DNA of 64,000 bases from the NCBI GenBank assembly GCA_040954595.2, contig CM082598.2, positions 8,075,097 through 8,139,096 on the forward strand, in the 5' to 3' direction. This DNA is from Balanoglossus misakiensis. Taxonomy: Eukaryota > Animalia > Hemichordata. The notes beneath the pieces are model-generated. The model was not told the DNA's origin, made no database searches, and saw only the letters and a list, made by a program, of their open reading frames with translations. Numbering within the stretch: the stretch's first letter is position 1; every line of letters begins with the position of its first letter. The position numbers and the translations under genes are program-made. This document shows positions 38,420 through 50,826 of this stretch, piece by piece.

Positions 38420-38925
38420 TGTCACACACCTACAGCGTTAGAAACTTATCACACCATGCTGGCGAGTTCACACCTTGGAAATGTAGTTACATCCATGCAG
38501 AAGCCCGCATTCCGAGTTTCATTTGTCCCTTTGTCGGAATTGTAACTGTGAAGTAGAGTCTTTGTTTAATTCTTCAGCCTGGGCTATCATTATTGTAAAT
38601 GTTAAAGTATGTCTTTGTCTTGTTCTCAGCTTGGGCGAAGAACAATAGTGTTTTGTACAGACCCCACGCAGGCAGTTTGATGTGTTATAAAATGATGCTG
38701 TATCTTAGTGAGGGTAGTTCAGTTCCAGAATTCTAGGAGTGCGGTCGTTCCGCTGGTCCAGCCGGGACTGCAGGCTTGTCCTGTGTGTGTCCACGGCTGG
38801 CCTTTCTAAATAAAGTCATCGGCGTTTAAATCCACACTCCGCATGTGTTCCCGTCTCTTCATCAACCATCATCACCTTCACCCTCACCCGACAACGTGTT
38901 CTACCCACAATTGGGAGACATGACA
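38420..38925 (+). mobile_element. Solo LTR (Gypsy-type, 506 bp)
   Basis: Termini TGTCA...TGACA, perfect 4-bp TSD CTAT (38416-38419, 38926-38929), internal TATA-like tataaaa (~38686) and AATAAA (~38809). Confidence 0.85.
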
Positions 38926-40785
38926 CTATAATGGACTAGTTGCGACGTACTACACACACGAATCGCAACAGTTTACCACCTTAACTAATCCTATAAACAA
39001 ATCGCCAATTTGTGCTAGCCAGATAAACGAAAACGATCTAAATTGAATAAGAGCACTGTTGTTACAGTGAACTACCAGTACATATAGTAAGTGTAGAGGA
39101 CAGCGAGATGACGATCGCTCTGACGGCTTCGACGCTCGATTCAGGACTATGCCTTCAACCCCGTGTGATTGGACTCGCCGATAGCAACACAGCCGTAACA
39201 TTAACCAAGCCAGACAGTAACAAGGCCAGAATGGACAGTATTCTGCCCATTAATTTTAAGTGTTTGAAGGGGTCAACCTTTGCGTCAACATTAACCAAGC
39301 CAGACAGTAACCAGGCCAGAATGGACAGTATTCTGCCCATTAATTTTAAGTGTTTGAAGGGGTCAACCTTTGCGTCAACATTAACCAAGCCAGACAGTAA
39401 CCAGGCCAGAATGGACAGTATTCTGCCCATTAATTTTGAGTGTTTGAAGGGGTCAACCTTTGCGTCAACATTAACCAAGCCAGACAGTAACCAGGCCAGA
39501 ATGAACAGTATTCTGCCCATTAATTTTGAGTATTTGAAGGGGTCAACCTTTGCATCAACATTAACCAAGCCAGACAGTAACCAGGCCAGAATGGACAGTA
39601 TTCTGCCCATTAATTTTGAGTGTTTGAAGGGGTCAACCTTTGCGTCAACATTAACCAAGCCAGACAGTAACCAGGCCAGAATGGACAGTATTCTGCCCAT
39701 TAATTTTGAGTGTTTGAAGGGGTCAACCTTTGCGTCAACATTAACCAAGCCAGACAGTAACCAGGCCAGAATGGACAGTATTCTGCCCATTAATTTTGAG
39801 TGTTTGAAGGGGTCAACCTTTGCGTCAACATTAACCAAGCCAGACAGTAACCAGGCCAGAATGGACAGTATTCTGCCCATTAATTTTAAGTGTTTGAAGG
39901 GGACAACCTTTGCGTCAACATTAACCAAGCCAGACAGTAACCAGGCCAGAATGGACAGTATTCTGCCCATTAATTTTGAGTGTTTGAAGGGGTCAACCTT
40001 TGCGTCAACATTAACCAAGCCAGACAGTAACCAGGCCAGAATGGACAGTATTCTGCCCATTAATTTTAAGTGTTTGAAGGGGTCAACCTTTGCGTCAACA
40101 TTAACCAAGCCAGACAGTAACCCGGCCAGAATGGACAGTATTCTGCCCATTAATTTTGAGTGTTTGGTGGGGTTAACCTTTGCGTCAACATTAACCAGAG
40201 CGCACAGTAACCAGGCCAGAGTGGATAGTGTGCAGCCCATTAATTTTGAGTGTTTGGTGGGGTCAACCTTTGCGTCAACATTAACCAGAGCACACAGTAA
40301 CCAGGCCAGAGTGGACAGTATGCAGCCCATTAATTTTGAGTGTTTGGTGGGGTTAACCTTTGCGTCAACATTAACCTGAGCACACAGTACCCAGGCCAGA
40401 GTGGACAGTATGCAGCCCATTAATTTTGAGTGTTTGGTGGGGTTAACCTTTGCGTCAACATTAACCAGAGCGCACAGTAACCAGGCCAGAGTGGATAGTG
40501 TGCAGCCCATTAATTTTGAGTGTTTGGTGGGGTCAACCTTTGCGTCAACATTAACCAGAGCGCACAGTACCCAGGCCAGAGTGGACAGTATGCAGCCCAT
40601 TAATTTTGAGTGTTTGGTGGGGTTAACCTTTGCGTCAACATTAACCAGAGCGCACAGTAACCAGGCCAGAGTGGACAGTATGCAGCCCATTAATTTTGAG
40701 TGTTTGGTGGGGTCAACCTTTGCGTCAACATTAACCAGAGCACAAAGTAACCAGGCCAGAGTGGACAGTATGCAGCCCATTAATT

Positions 40786-42051
40786 AACAGCGTGTGGTAG
40801 TGAAGGGAAGTTACTCTCCATGGAAACCAGTAACCAGTGGGGTACCACAAGGTTCAGTGTTGGGCCCAGTGCTTTTCCTAATGTTCATCAATGACATTGA
40901 TATTGGAATCCACTCACATATCAAGAAATTTGCTGACGACACTAAAATTTACAGGAAAATTGATGATGCTAATGATCATTTACTTCTGCAGAGTGATTTG
41001 AATCATCTTGTTGAGTGGTCTGAAAAATGGCTGATGGAATTCAACGTATCAAAATGTAAAGTTGTGCATGTGGGCTGTAAGAATCCCAAGTTGCAGTATA
41101 CTATGAAGGATATCACCCTGACTGCAGTTGATGAAGAAAAGGATGTTGGTGTAATAATCCATAATTCTCTTAAGCCCAGCAGACAGTGTACTGAGGCAGT
41201 GAAAAAAGCCAACAGAGTCTTTGGTATGATAAAAAGGTCATTCACACTACGCTCCAAGGGCATCATTCTTCGTTTGTATAAACAGTTCATCAGACCCCAC
41301 TTGGAATACGCCTCACAAGGTTGGTCACCATGGTTACAGAAGGACATTATAGCTTTAGAAAAGGTTCAAAGAAGAGTTACCAAATACATAGACGGACTTC
41401 AGGATAAACCATACACTGAAAGGTTGCATATTCTACGTTTAACAACACTGGAAACCCGTCGGATCCGTGGAGATATGTTGCAGGTGTATAAAATTATCAA
41501 TAACATTGACAGCTGCAATTTGTCATTACAGAGATGCTTATATGCACCTACAAGAGGTCACACTGCCAAACTACACCAGAGCTTTGCTAGATTGGACATA
41601 AGAAAGAACTGTTTCCCTGTTCGCGTTGTTAAAGAATGGAACTCATTACCGGACTATGTTGTGCTATCTAAGGATGTCAACGATTTCAAAAATAACATTG
41701 ACCATCACTTCCAAACCAGAATCTGATGGATTATACCAGAGTGAACTGTTTCCCTGTTCGCGTCAGAGAACCAGCTATTGAACTATTTATGAGACTTTAT
41801 TTCGAGAATTTATTTGTGAGGATGATGAATCATTTATTTATTTATGTGTCACAGTGTGTATTACACCATGGCGGATAGTTACATGAATATTGAACTCTGA
41901 ACTATACTAGAGAATTGGAACTCATTACCGGACTCTTATCTGTGGGCATCATTGACTTTTCATTTATTGACCAGTACTTCCGAACTAGACTCTGATGGGA
42001 CATCATTATCTCAGGATATTTAGTCCCTAACCAAACTAAACTAAACTAAAC
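40786..42051 (+). mobile_element. 5'-truncated CR1-clade LINE
   Basis: RT C-terminus, ~325-bp 3' UTR and (AAACT)n tail; inserted at satellite cccat|taatt with apparent TSD taatt. Confidence 0.95.
40794..41726 (+). CDS. CR1 ORF2 fragment (reverse transcriptase C-terminal half)
   Basis: VTSGVPQGSVLGPVLF, KFADDTK, W...FNVSKCKV, RPHLEYA...WSP, LEKVQRR, RRIRGDM, RVVKEWNSLP; uninterrupted for 310 aa. Confidence 0.95.
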   Translation: MVVKGSYSPWKPVTSGVPQGSVLGPVLFLMFINDIDIGIHSHIKKFADDTKIYRKIDDANDHLLLQSDLNHLVEWSEKWLMEFNVSKCKVVHVGCKNPKLQYTMKDITLTAVDEEKDVGVIIHNSLKPSRQCTEAVKKANRVFGMIKRSFTLRSKGIILRLYKQFIRPHLEYASQGWSPWLQKDIIALEKVQRRVTKYIDGLQDKPYTERLHILRLTTLETRRIRGDMLQVYKIINNIDSCNLSLQRCLYAPTRGHTAKLHQSFARLDIRKNCFPVRVVKEWNSLPDYVVLSKDVNDFKNNIDHHFQTRI

Positions 42052-45000
42052 TAATTTTGCGTGTTTGGTGGGGTCAACCTTTGTGTCAACATTAACCAGA
42101 GTACACAGTAACCAGGCCAGAGTTGACAGTGTGCAGCCCATTAATTTTGAGTGTTTGGTGGGGTCAACCTTTGCGTCAACATTAACCAGAGCGCACAGTA
42201 ACCAGGCCATAGTGGACAGTGTTCTGCCCATTAATTTTGAGTGTTTGGTGGGGTCAACCTTTGCGTCAACATTAACCAGAGCGCACAGTAACCAGGCCAG
42301 AGTGGACAGTATGCAGCCCATTAATTTTGCGTGTTTGGTGGGGTCAACCTTTGTGTCAACATTAACCAGAGTACACAGTAACCAGGCCAGAGTTGACAGT
42401 GTGCAGCCCATTAATTTTGAGTGTTTGGTGGGGTCAACCTTTGCGTCAACATTAACCAGAGCACACAGTAACCAGGCCAGAGTTGACAGTGTGCAGCCCA
42501 TTAATTTTGAGTGTTTGGTGGGGTCAACCTTTGCGTCAACATTAACCAGAGCACACAGTAACCAGGCCAGAGTTGACAGTGTGCAGCCCATTAATTTTGA
42601 GTGTTTGGTGGGGTCAACCTTTGCGTCAACATTAACCAGAGCACACAGTAACCAGGCCAGAGTTGACAGTGTGCAGCCCATTAATTTTGAGTGTTTGGTG
42701 GGGTCAACCTTTGCGTCAACATTAACCAGAGTACACAGTAACCAGGCCAGAGTTGACAGTGTGCAGCCCATTAATTTTGAGTGTTTGGTGGGGTCAACCT
42801 TTGTGTCAACATTAACCAGAGTACACAGTAACCAGGCCAGAGTGGACAGTATGTAGCCCATTAATTTTGAGTGTTTGGTGGGGTCAACCTTTGCGTCAAC
42901 ATTAACCAGAGTACACAGTAACCAGGCCAGAGTTGACAGTGTGCAGCCCATTAATTTTGAGTGTTTGGTGGGGTCAACCTATGCGTCAACATTAACCAGA
43001 GCACACAGTAACCAGGCCAGAGTTGACAGTGTGCAGCCCATTAATTTTGAGTGTTTGGTGGGGTCAACCTATGCGTCAACATTAACCAGAGTACACAGTA
43101 ACCAGGCCAGAGTTGACAGTGTGCAGCCCATTAATTTTGAGTGTTTGGTGGGGTCAACCTATGCGTCAACATTAACCAGAGCACACAGTAACCAGGCCAG
43201 AGTTGACAGTGTGCAGCCCATTAATTTTGAGTGTTTGGTGGGGTCAACCTTTGCGTCAACATTAACCAGAGCACACAGTAACCAGGCCAGAGTTGACAGT
43301 GTGCAGCCCATTAATTTTGAGTGTTTGGTGGGGTCAACCTTTGCGTCAACATTAACCAGAGCACACAGTAACCAGGCCAGAGTTGACAGTGTGCAGCCCA
43401 TTAATTTTGAGTGTTTGGTGGGGTCAACCTTTGCGTCAACATTAACCAGAGTACACAGTAACCAGGCCAGAGTTGACAGTGTGCAGCCCATTAATTTTGA
43501 GTGTTTGGTGGGGTCAACCTTTGTGTCAACATTAACCAGAGTACACAGTAACCAGGCCAGAGTGGACAGTATGTAGCCCATTAATTTTGAGTGTTTGGTG
43601 GGGTCAACCTTTGCGTCAACATTAACCAGAGCACACAGTAACCAGGCCAGAGTTGACAGTGTGCAGCCCATTAATTTTGAGTGTTTGGTGGGGTCAACCT
43701 TTGCGTCAACATTAACCAGAGCACACAGTAACCAGGCCAGAGTTGACAGTGTGCAGCCCATTAATTTTGAGTGTTTGGTGGGGTCAACCTTTGCGTCAAC
43801 ATTAACCAGAGTACACAGTAACCAGGCCAGAGTTGACAGTGTGCAGCCCATTAATTTTGAGTGTTTGGTGGGGTCAACCTTTGCGTCAACATTAACCAGA
43901 GTACACAGTAACCAGGCCAGAGTTGACAGTGTGCAGCCCATTAATTTTGAGTGTTTGGTGGGGTCAACCTATGCGTCAACATTAACCAGAGCACACAGTA
44001 ACCAGGCCAGAGTTGACAGTGTGCAGCCCATTAATTTTGAGTGTTTGGTGGGGTCAACCTTTGCGTCAACATTAACCAGAGCACACAGTAACCAGGCCAG
44101 AGTTGACAGTGTGCAGCCCATTAATTTTGAGTGTTTGGTGGGGTCAACCTTTGCGTCAACATTAACCAGAGCACACAGTAACCAGGCCAGAGTTGACAGT
44201 GTGCAGCCCATTAATTTTGAGTGTTTGGTGGGGTCAACCTTTGCGTCAACATTAACCAGAGTACACAGTAACCAGGCCAGAGTTGACAGTGTGCAGCCCA
44301 TTAATTTTGAGTGTTTGGTGGGGTCAACCTTTGTGTCAACATTAACCAGAGTACACAGTAACCAGGCCAGAGTGGACAGTATGTAGCCCATTAATTTTGA
44401 GTGTTTGGTGGGGTCAACCTTTGCGTCAACATTAACCAGAGCACACAGTAACCAGGCCAGAGTTGACAGTGTGCAGCCCATTAATTTTGAGTGTTTGGTG
44501 GGGTCAACCTTTGCGTCAACATTAACCAGAGCACACAGTAACCAGGCCAGAGTTGACAGTGTGCAGCCCATTAATTTTGAGTGTTTGGTGGGGTCAACCT
44601 TTGCGTCAACATTAACCAGAGCACACAGTAACCAGGCCAGAGTGGACAGTATGCAGCCAATTAATTTTGAGTGTTTGGTGGGGTCAACCTTTGCGTCAAC
44701 ATTAACCAGAGCACACAGTAACCAGGCCAGAGTTGACAGTGTGCAGCCCATTAATTTTGAGTGTTTGGTGGGGTCAACCTTTGCGTCAACATTAACCAGA
44801 GCGCACAGTAACCAGGCCAGAGTTGACAGTATGCAGCCCATTAATTTTGAGTGTTTGGTGGGGTCAACCTTTGCGTCAACATTAACCAGAGCGCACAGTA
44901 ACCAGGCCAGAGTGGACAGTATGCAGCCCATTAATTTTGAGTGTTTGGTGGGGTCAACCTTTGCGTCAACATTAACCAGAGCACACAGTAACCAGGCCAG

Positions 45001-48000
45001 AGTGGACAGTGTGCAGCCCATTAATTTTGAGTGTTTGGTGGGGTCAACCTTTGCGTCAACATTAACCAGAGCACACAGTAACCAGGCCAGAGTTGACAGT
45101 GTGCAGCCCATTAATTTTGAGTGTTTGGTGGGGTCAACCTTTGCGTCAACATTAACCAGAGCGCACAGTAACCAGGCCAGAGTGGACAGTATGCAGCCCA
45201 TTAATTTTGAGTGTTTGGTGGGGTTAACCTTTGCGTCAACATTAACCAGAGCACACAGTAACCAGGCCAGAGTGGACAGTATGCAGCCCATTAATTTTGA
45301 GTGTTTGGTGGGGTCAACCTTTGTGTCAACATTAACCAGAGTACACAGTAACCAGGCCAGAGTGGACAGTATGCAGCCCATTAATTTTGAGTGTTTGGTG
45401 GGGTCAACCTTTGCGTCAACATTAACCAAGCCAGACAGTAATCAGGCCAGAGTGTACAGTATTCTGCCCATTAATTTTGAGTGTTTGAAGGGGTCAACCT
45501 TTGCGTCAACATTAACCAGAGCATGCACAGTAACCAGGCCAGAGTGGATAGTATGCAGCCCATTAATTTTGAGTGTTTGAAGGGGTCAACCTTTGCGTCA
45601 ACATTAACAAGGCCAGACAGTAACCAGGCCAGAATGGACAGTATTCTGCCCATTAATTTTAAGTGTTTGAAGGGGTCAACCTTTGCGTCAACATTAATCA
45701 GGCCAGAGTGGACAGTGTGCTGCCCATTAATTTTAAGTGTTTGAAGGGGTCAACCTTTGCGTCAACATTAACCAAGCCAGACAGTAACCAGGCCAGAATG
45801 GACAGTATTCTGCCCATTAATTTTGAGTGTTTGAAGGGGTCAACCTTTGCATCAACATTAACCAAGCCAGACAGTAACCAGGCCAGAATGGACAGTATTC
45901 TGCCCATTAATTTTAAGTGTTTGAAGGGGTCAACCTTTGCGTCAACATTAACCAAGCCAGACAGTAACCAGGCCAGTATGGACAGTATTCTGCCCATTAA
46001 TTTTAAGTGTTTGAAGGGGTCAACCTTTTCGTCAACATTAACCAAGCCAGACAGTAACCAGGCCAGAATGGACAGTATTCTGCCCATTAATTTTTAGTGT
46101 TTGAAGGGGTCAACCTTTGCGTCAACATTAATCAGGCCAGCATGGACAGTGTGCTGCCCATTAATTTTAAGAGTTTGAAGGGGTCAACCTTTGCGTCAAC
46201 ATTAACCAAGCCAGACAGTAACCAGGCCAGAATGGACAGTATTCTGCCCATTAATTTTGAGTGTTTGAAGGGGTCAACCTTTGCATCAACATTAACCAAG
46301 CCAGACAGTAACCAGGCCAGAATGGACAGTATTCTGCCCATTAATTTTAAGTGTTTGAAGGGGTCAACCTTTGCGTCAACATTAACCAAGCAAGACAGTA
46401 ACCAGGCCAGAATGGACAGTATTCTGCCCATTAATTTTAAGTGTTTGAAGGGGTCAACCTTTGCGTCAACATTAACCAAGCCAGACAGTAACCAGGCCAG
46501 AATGGACAGTATTCTGCCCATTAATTTTAAGTGTTTGAAGGGGTAAACCTTTGCGTCAACATTAATCAGGCCAGAGTGGACAGTGTGCTGCCCATTAATT
46601 TTAAGTGTTTGAAGGGGTCAACCTTTGCGTCAACATTAATCAAGCAAGACAGTAACCAGGCCAGAATGGACAGTATTCTGCCCATTAATTTTGAGTGTTT
46701 GAAGGGGTCAACCTTTGCGTCAACATTAATCAGGCCAGAGTGGACAGTGTGCTGCCCATTAATTTTAAGTGTTTGAAGGGGACAACCTTTGCGTCAACAT
46801 TAACCAAGCCAGACAGTAACAAGGCCAGAATGGACAGTATTCTGCCCATTAATTTTAAGTGTTTGAAGGGGACAACCTTTGCGTCAACATTAACCAAGCC
46901 AGACAGTAACAAGGCCAGAATGGACAGTATTCTGCCCATTAATTTTAAGTGTTTGAAGGGGTCATCCTTTGCGTCAACATTAACCAAGCCAGACAGTAAC
47001 CAGGCCAGAATGGACAGTATTCTGCCCATTAATTTTAAGTGTTTGAAGGGGTCAACCTTTGCGTCAACATTAACCAAGCCAGACAGTAACCAGGCCAGAA
47101 TGGACAGTATTCTGCCCATTAATTTTAAGTGTTTGAAGGGGTCAACCTTTGCGTCAACATTAACCAAGCCAGACAGTAACCAGGCCAGAATGGACAGTAT
47201 TCTGCCCATTAATTTTGAGTGTTTGAAGGGGTCAACCTTTGCGTCAACATTAACCAGAGCACTCAGTAACCAGGCCAGAGTGGACAGTATGCAGCCCATT
47301 AATTTTGAGTGTTTGAAGGGGTCAACCTTTGCGTCAACATTAACAAGGCCAGACAGTAACAAGGCCAGAATGGACAGTATTCTGCCCATTACTTTTGAGT
47401 GTTTGGTGGGGTCAACCTTTGCGTCAACATTAATCAGGCCAGAGTGGACAGTGTGCTGCCCATTAATTTTAAGTGTTTGAAGGGGTCAACCTTTGCGTCA
47501 ACATTAACCAGGCCAGACAGTAACCAGGCCAGAGTGGACAGTATTCTGCCCATTAATTTTGAGTGTTTGATGGGGTCAACCTTTGCGTCAACATTAACCA
47601 GAGCACACAGTAACCAGGCCAGAGTGGACAGTATGCAGCCCATTAATTTTGAGTGTTTGGTGGGGTCAACCTTTGCGTCAACATTAACCAGAGCACACAG
47701 TAACCAAGCCTGAGTGGACAGTATGCTGCCCATTAATTTTGAGTGTATGGTGGGGTCAACCTGTGCGTCAACATTAACCAGAGCACACAGTAACCAGGCC
47801 AGAGTGGACAGTATCCAGCCCATTAATTTTGAGTGTTTGGTGGTGTCAACCTTTGCGTCAATATTAACCAGGCCAGACAGAAAGCAGGCCAGAGTGAACA
47901 GTATCCTGCCCATTAATTTTGAGTGTTTGGTGGGGTCAACCTTTGCGTCAACATTAACTAGAGCACACAGTAACCAGGCCAGAGTGGACAGTATGCTGCC

Positions 48001-48444
48001 CATTAATTTTGAGTGTTTGGTGGGGTCAACCTTTGCGTCAACATTAACCAGAGTACACAGTAACCAGGCCAGAGTGGACAGTATGCTGCCCATTCATTTT
48101 GAGTGTTTGGTGGGGTCAACCTTTGCGTCAACATTAACCAGAGCACACAGTAACCAGGCCATTGTGGACGGTATGCTGCCCATTATTTTTGAGTGTTTGG
48201 TGGGGTCAACCTTTGCGTCAACATTAACCACAGCACACAATAACCAGGCCAGAGTGGACAGTATGCTGCCCATTAATTTTGAGTGTTTGGTAGGGTCAAC
48301 CTGTGCGTCAACATTAACCAGGCCAGACAGAAAGCAGGCCAGAGTGGACAGTATCCAGTCCATTAATTTTGAGTGTTTTGTGGGTCAATTTGATCAAATA
48401 CTGCCTCCTGCTGGCGCTGCATCATTTAAGAAATGTGAAAAGAT

Positions 48445-49192
48445 GGCAAGACAGTTTTGGTAAGTGTGGGCCCCCTAACTGAAGCAAAAGCACAAACTGA
48501 AAAACAAAGATATGAATTTGGAATAGTTTTATTTATTACATATGAAAAATAATGAAGACTTATGCTTCAAAGTAAGTATCGACGGAGTCGAACCGCCAAT
48601 GCTGCAATGGCATCATACCCATAATACTTTTTTGCTTTTTGCATGAATTTCATTATTTTTCATATGCTGTGCAGCTAAAGTGTGGCTAGATGGCTAACTG
48701 CTGATGTAAAATATCTTGCATACCAATTTGGAACAATTACCCCAAGTAGTGGTCAAACAGAAACAGCTTGCATTCAATTTGAAACAAGGTGACAAAAGTG
48801 GTCGAAATGAAACAATGAGCAAAAACAGTGTTTATCAAACTTAAATAATGTGCCAAAATAGCTCCTGTTGATATTGCACAAAATTAACTGTTGCATTTTA
48901 CCCTTGAGTTATTTTTTATTTATAGGCAATTATGTGTTAATACTAATTATTACCTATGGGTAAAAACCATCAGTTTCTTAAGTACAAATCGCAAGAAGCT
49001 CCCCCATACATTTTTTAGTGTTTTTTTTTAAATCATGCAAGATAATTACATTCTGTGTGATAAACTAACTAACTTTACGCGCCTGGGGACAGTTAAAAAC
49101 CTCGAGCCAAATATAAAATGAGGAAAAACTGCCCCCTCCCCCGTCCTGAATTTTAAAAGGTGGGGGCTCAAACTAACCAGAATTGTCTTGCC
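48445..49192. mobile_element. Non-autonomous DNA transposon with ~31-bp imperfect TIRs
   Basis: ggcaagacagttttggtaagtgtgggccccc versus reverse complement of gggggctcaaactaaccagaattgtcttgcc; TSD not clear. Confidence 0.65.
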
Positions 49193-49281
49193 AACTCGTA
49201 TTTTTCTGTGTACAATTTGATGTATTGTTGTTGCGTGAGATAGATGATTCGTGTTGATGCGTGAATTACGATGATGAAAGC

Positions 49282-49478
49282 AAAAAATCCATCGGCGAAT
49301 CAAACGGGCACACGACGAAATTCCATTACACGACGAGCGAACTGCGATGAAAAACGCGAACGCGGGTAACGTTGTAAAAAATCCATCGGCGAATCACAAG
49401 GGCACACGGCGAAATTCCATTACACGACGAGCGACCTGCAATGAAGAACGCGAACGCGGGTTACGCTGCAAAAAATCG
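49282..49478. repeat. 94-bp tandem duplication (CpG-rich)
   Basis: aaaaaatccatcggcgaatca...cgcgaacgcggg at 49282 and 49376. Confidence 0.85.
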
Positions 49479-49896
49479 GCAGACAAATTACACGAATGCA
49501 AAGCAAAAATTATTTTACCTAACCTGACACTAATGAATTACCCAATAATTTTAATTTCTTATTATTACACCCCAATTAATCAGCATACCTTTGTAATATT
49601 AACACCATTTATACACATCCCATAATGTTTATACCATCAAGTTAATACCCTTTTATTATTATTATACCACTAAAACCTTGTATTAACCATATTTTATTAT
49701 TACACCATAGACATTTACACCCAGTTATATTATACCGGTATTTACCCTCTGTACATGTACAGTTCTTATTTACCACGTGGCATTACCGTTGTTTTTATAG
49801 TATTTTAAATACTTATCATACCCTTGAAACCATAATATTATACCCTTGCAAACAGTTTTGTTACGGTACCCTTGTGCACACTGTTTTATAAGTCAT

Positions 49897-50080
49897 CATA
49901 CACCAACCCATCACCATTCCATTACATTATATCATTTTTTATTAGCCTAACCTATTCATACACCAACCCTTCACCATTCCATTAGATTATACCATTTTTT
50001 ATTACCCTAACATATTCATACACCAACCCTTCACCATTCCCTCAGATTAAACCATTTTTATTAACCTAATCTATTGACAG
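49897..50080. repeat. 60-bp tandem repeat x3
   Basis: catacaccaacccttcaccattcc... at 49897, 49957, 50017. Confidence 0.9.
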
Positions 50081-50257
50081 CATCCCTCTGCTTATGATAT
50101 TGTTATCTGGCGCGGCGTTGTTGTAGATATTGATTAGACTCCCTCCGGCGATGATATTACCAATGAACCTATTGGAAAAAAAGAATGAATATTATTAATT
50201 AGATCAGATCAACAAATCATGGCGTTGTTCATCCCTCTGGTCACAGAAGCATCATCT

Positions 50258-50826
50258 GGCGTTGTTACAAGTTTAAGTTCATCCCTCCAGTACAGTATTA
50301 GGTGCGGGCGTCGTTACAAGTATTAAGTTCATCCCTCCAGTACAGTATAAGGTGGCGGCGTCGTTACAAGTATTAAGTTCATCCCTCCAGTACAGTATTA
50401 GGTGGCGGCGTCGTTACAAGTATTAAGTTCATCTCTCCAGTACAGTATTAGGTGGCGGCGTCGTTACAAGTATTAAGTTCATCTCTCCAGTACAGTATTA
50501 GGTGGCGGCGTCGTTACAAGTATTAAGTTCATCTCTCCAGTACAGTATTAGGTGGCGGCGTCGTTACAAGTATTAAGTTCATCTCTCCAGTACAGTATTA
50601 GGTGGCGGCGTCGTTACAAGTATTAAGTTCATCTCTCCAGTACAGTATTAGGTGGCGGCGTCGTTACAAGTATTAAGTTCATCTCTCCAGTACAGTATTA
50701 GGTGGCGGCGTCATTACAAGTATTAAGTTCATCTCTCCAGTACAGTATTAGGTGGCGGCGTCGTTACAAGTATTAAGTTCATCTCTCCAGTACAGTATTA
50801 GGTGGCGGCGTCGTTACAAATATTAC
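50258..50826. repeat. 50-bp minisatellite x11
   Basis: tattaagttcatctctccagtacagtattaggtggcggcgtcgttacaag, nearly perfect copies. Confidence 0.97.

Larger units (their letters stand above)
39197..48388. repeat. 90-bp satellite array (~88 monomers) interrupted by a CR1 LINE
   Basis: Unit ttaattttgagtgtttg(aa/gt)ggggtcaacctttgcgtcaacattaacc...ccaggccaga.tggacagt...gccca repeated with 90-bp period; two subfamilies and 74-bp deletion variants. Confidence 0.98.

Noticed and set aside
38947-38957. gtactacacac shared with 7878-7888, suggesting the satellite sits in a related CMC element
   Set aside because: An 11-bp match is expected by chance in 64 kb, and no matching opposite terminus was found.
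39108-48463. Long ORFs on both strands with a 30-aa repeat (STFASTLT.../MGCILSTLAWLL...)
   Set aside because: A 90-bp unit without stops in one frame per strand produces these automatically; scattered stops, 74-bp frameshifting monomers and a LINE insertion argue against protein coding.
39197-50826. CRISPR-like array interpretation of the 90-bp and 50-bp repeats
   Set aside because: No unique spacers (whole units repeat), no cas genes, eukaryotic context.
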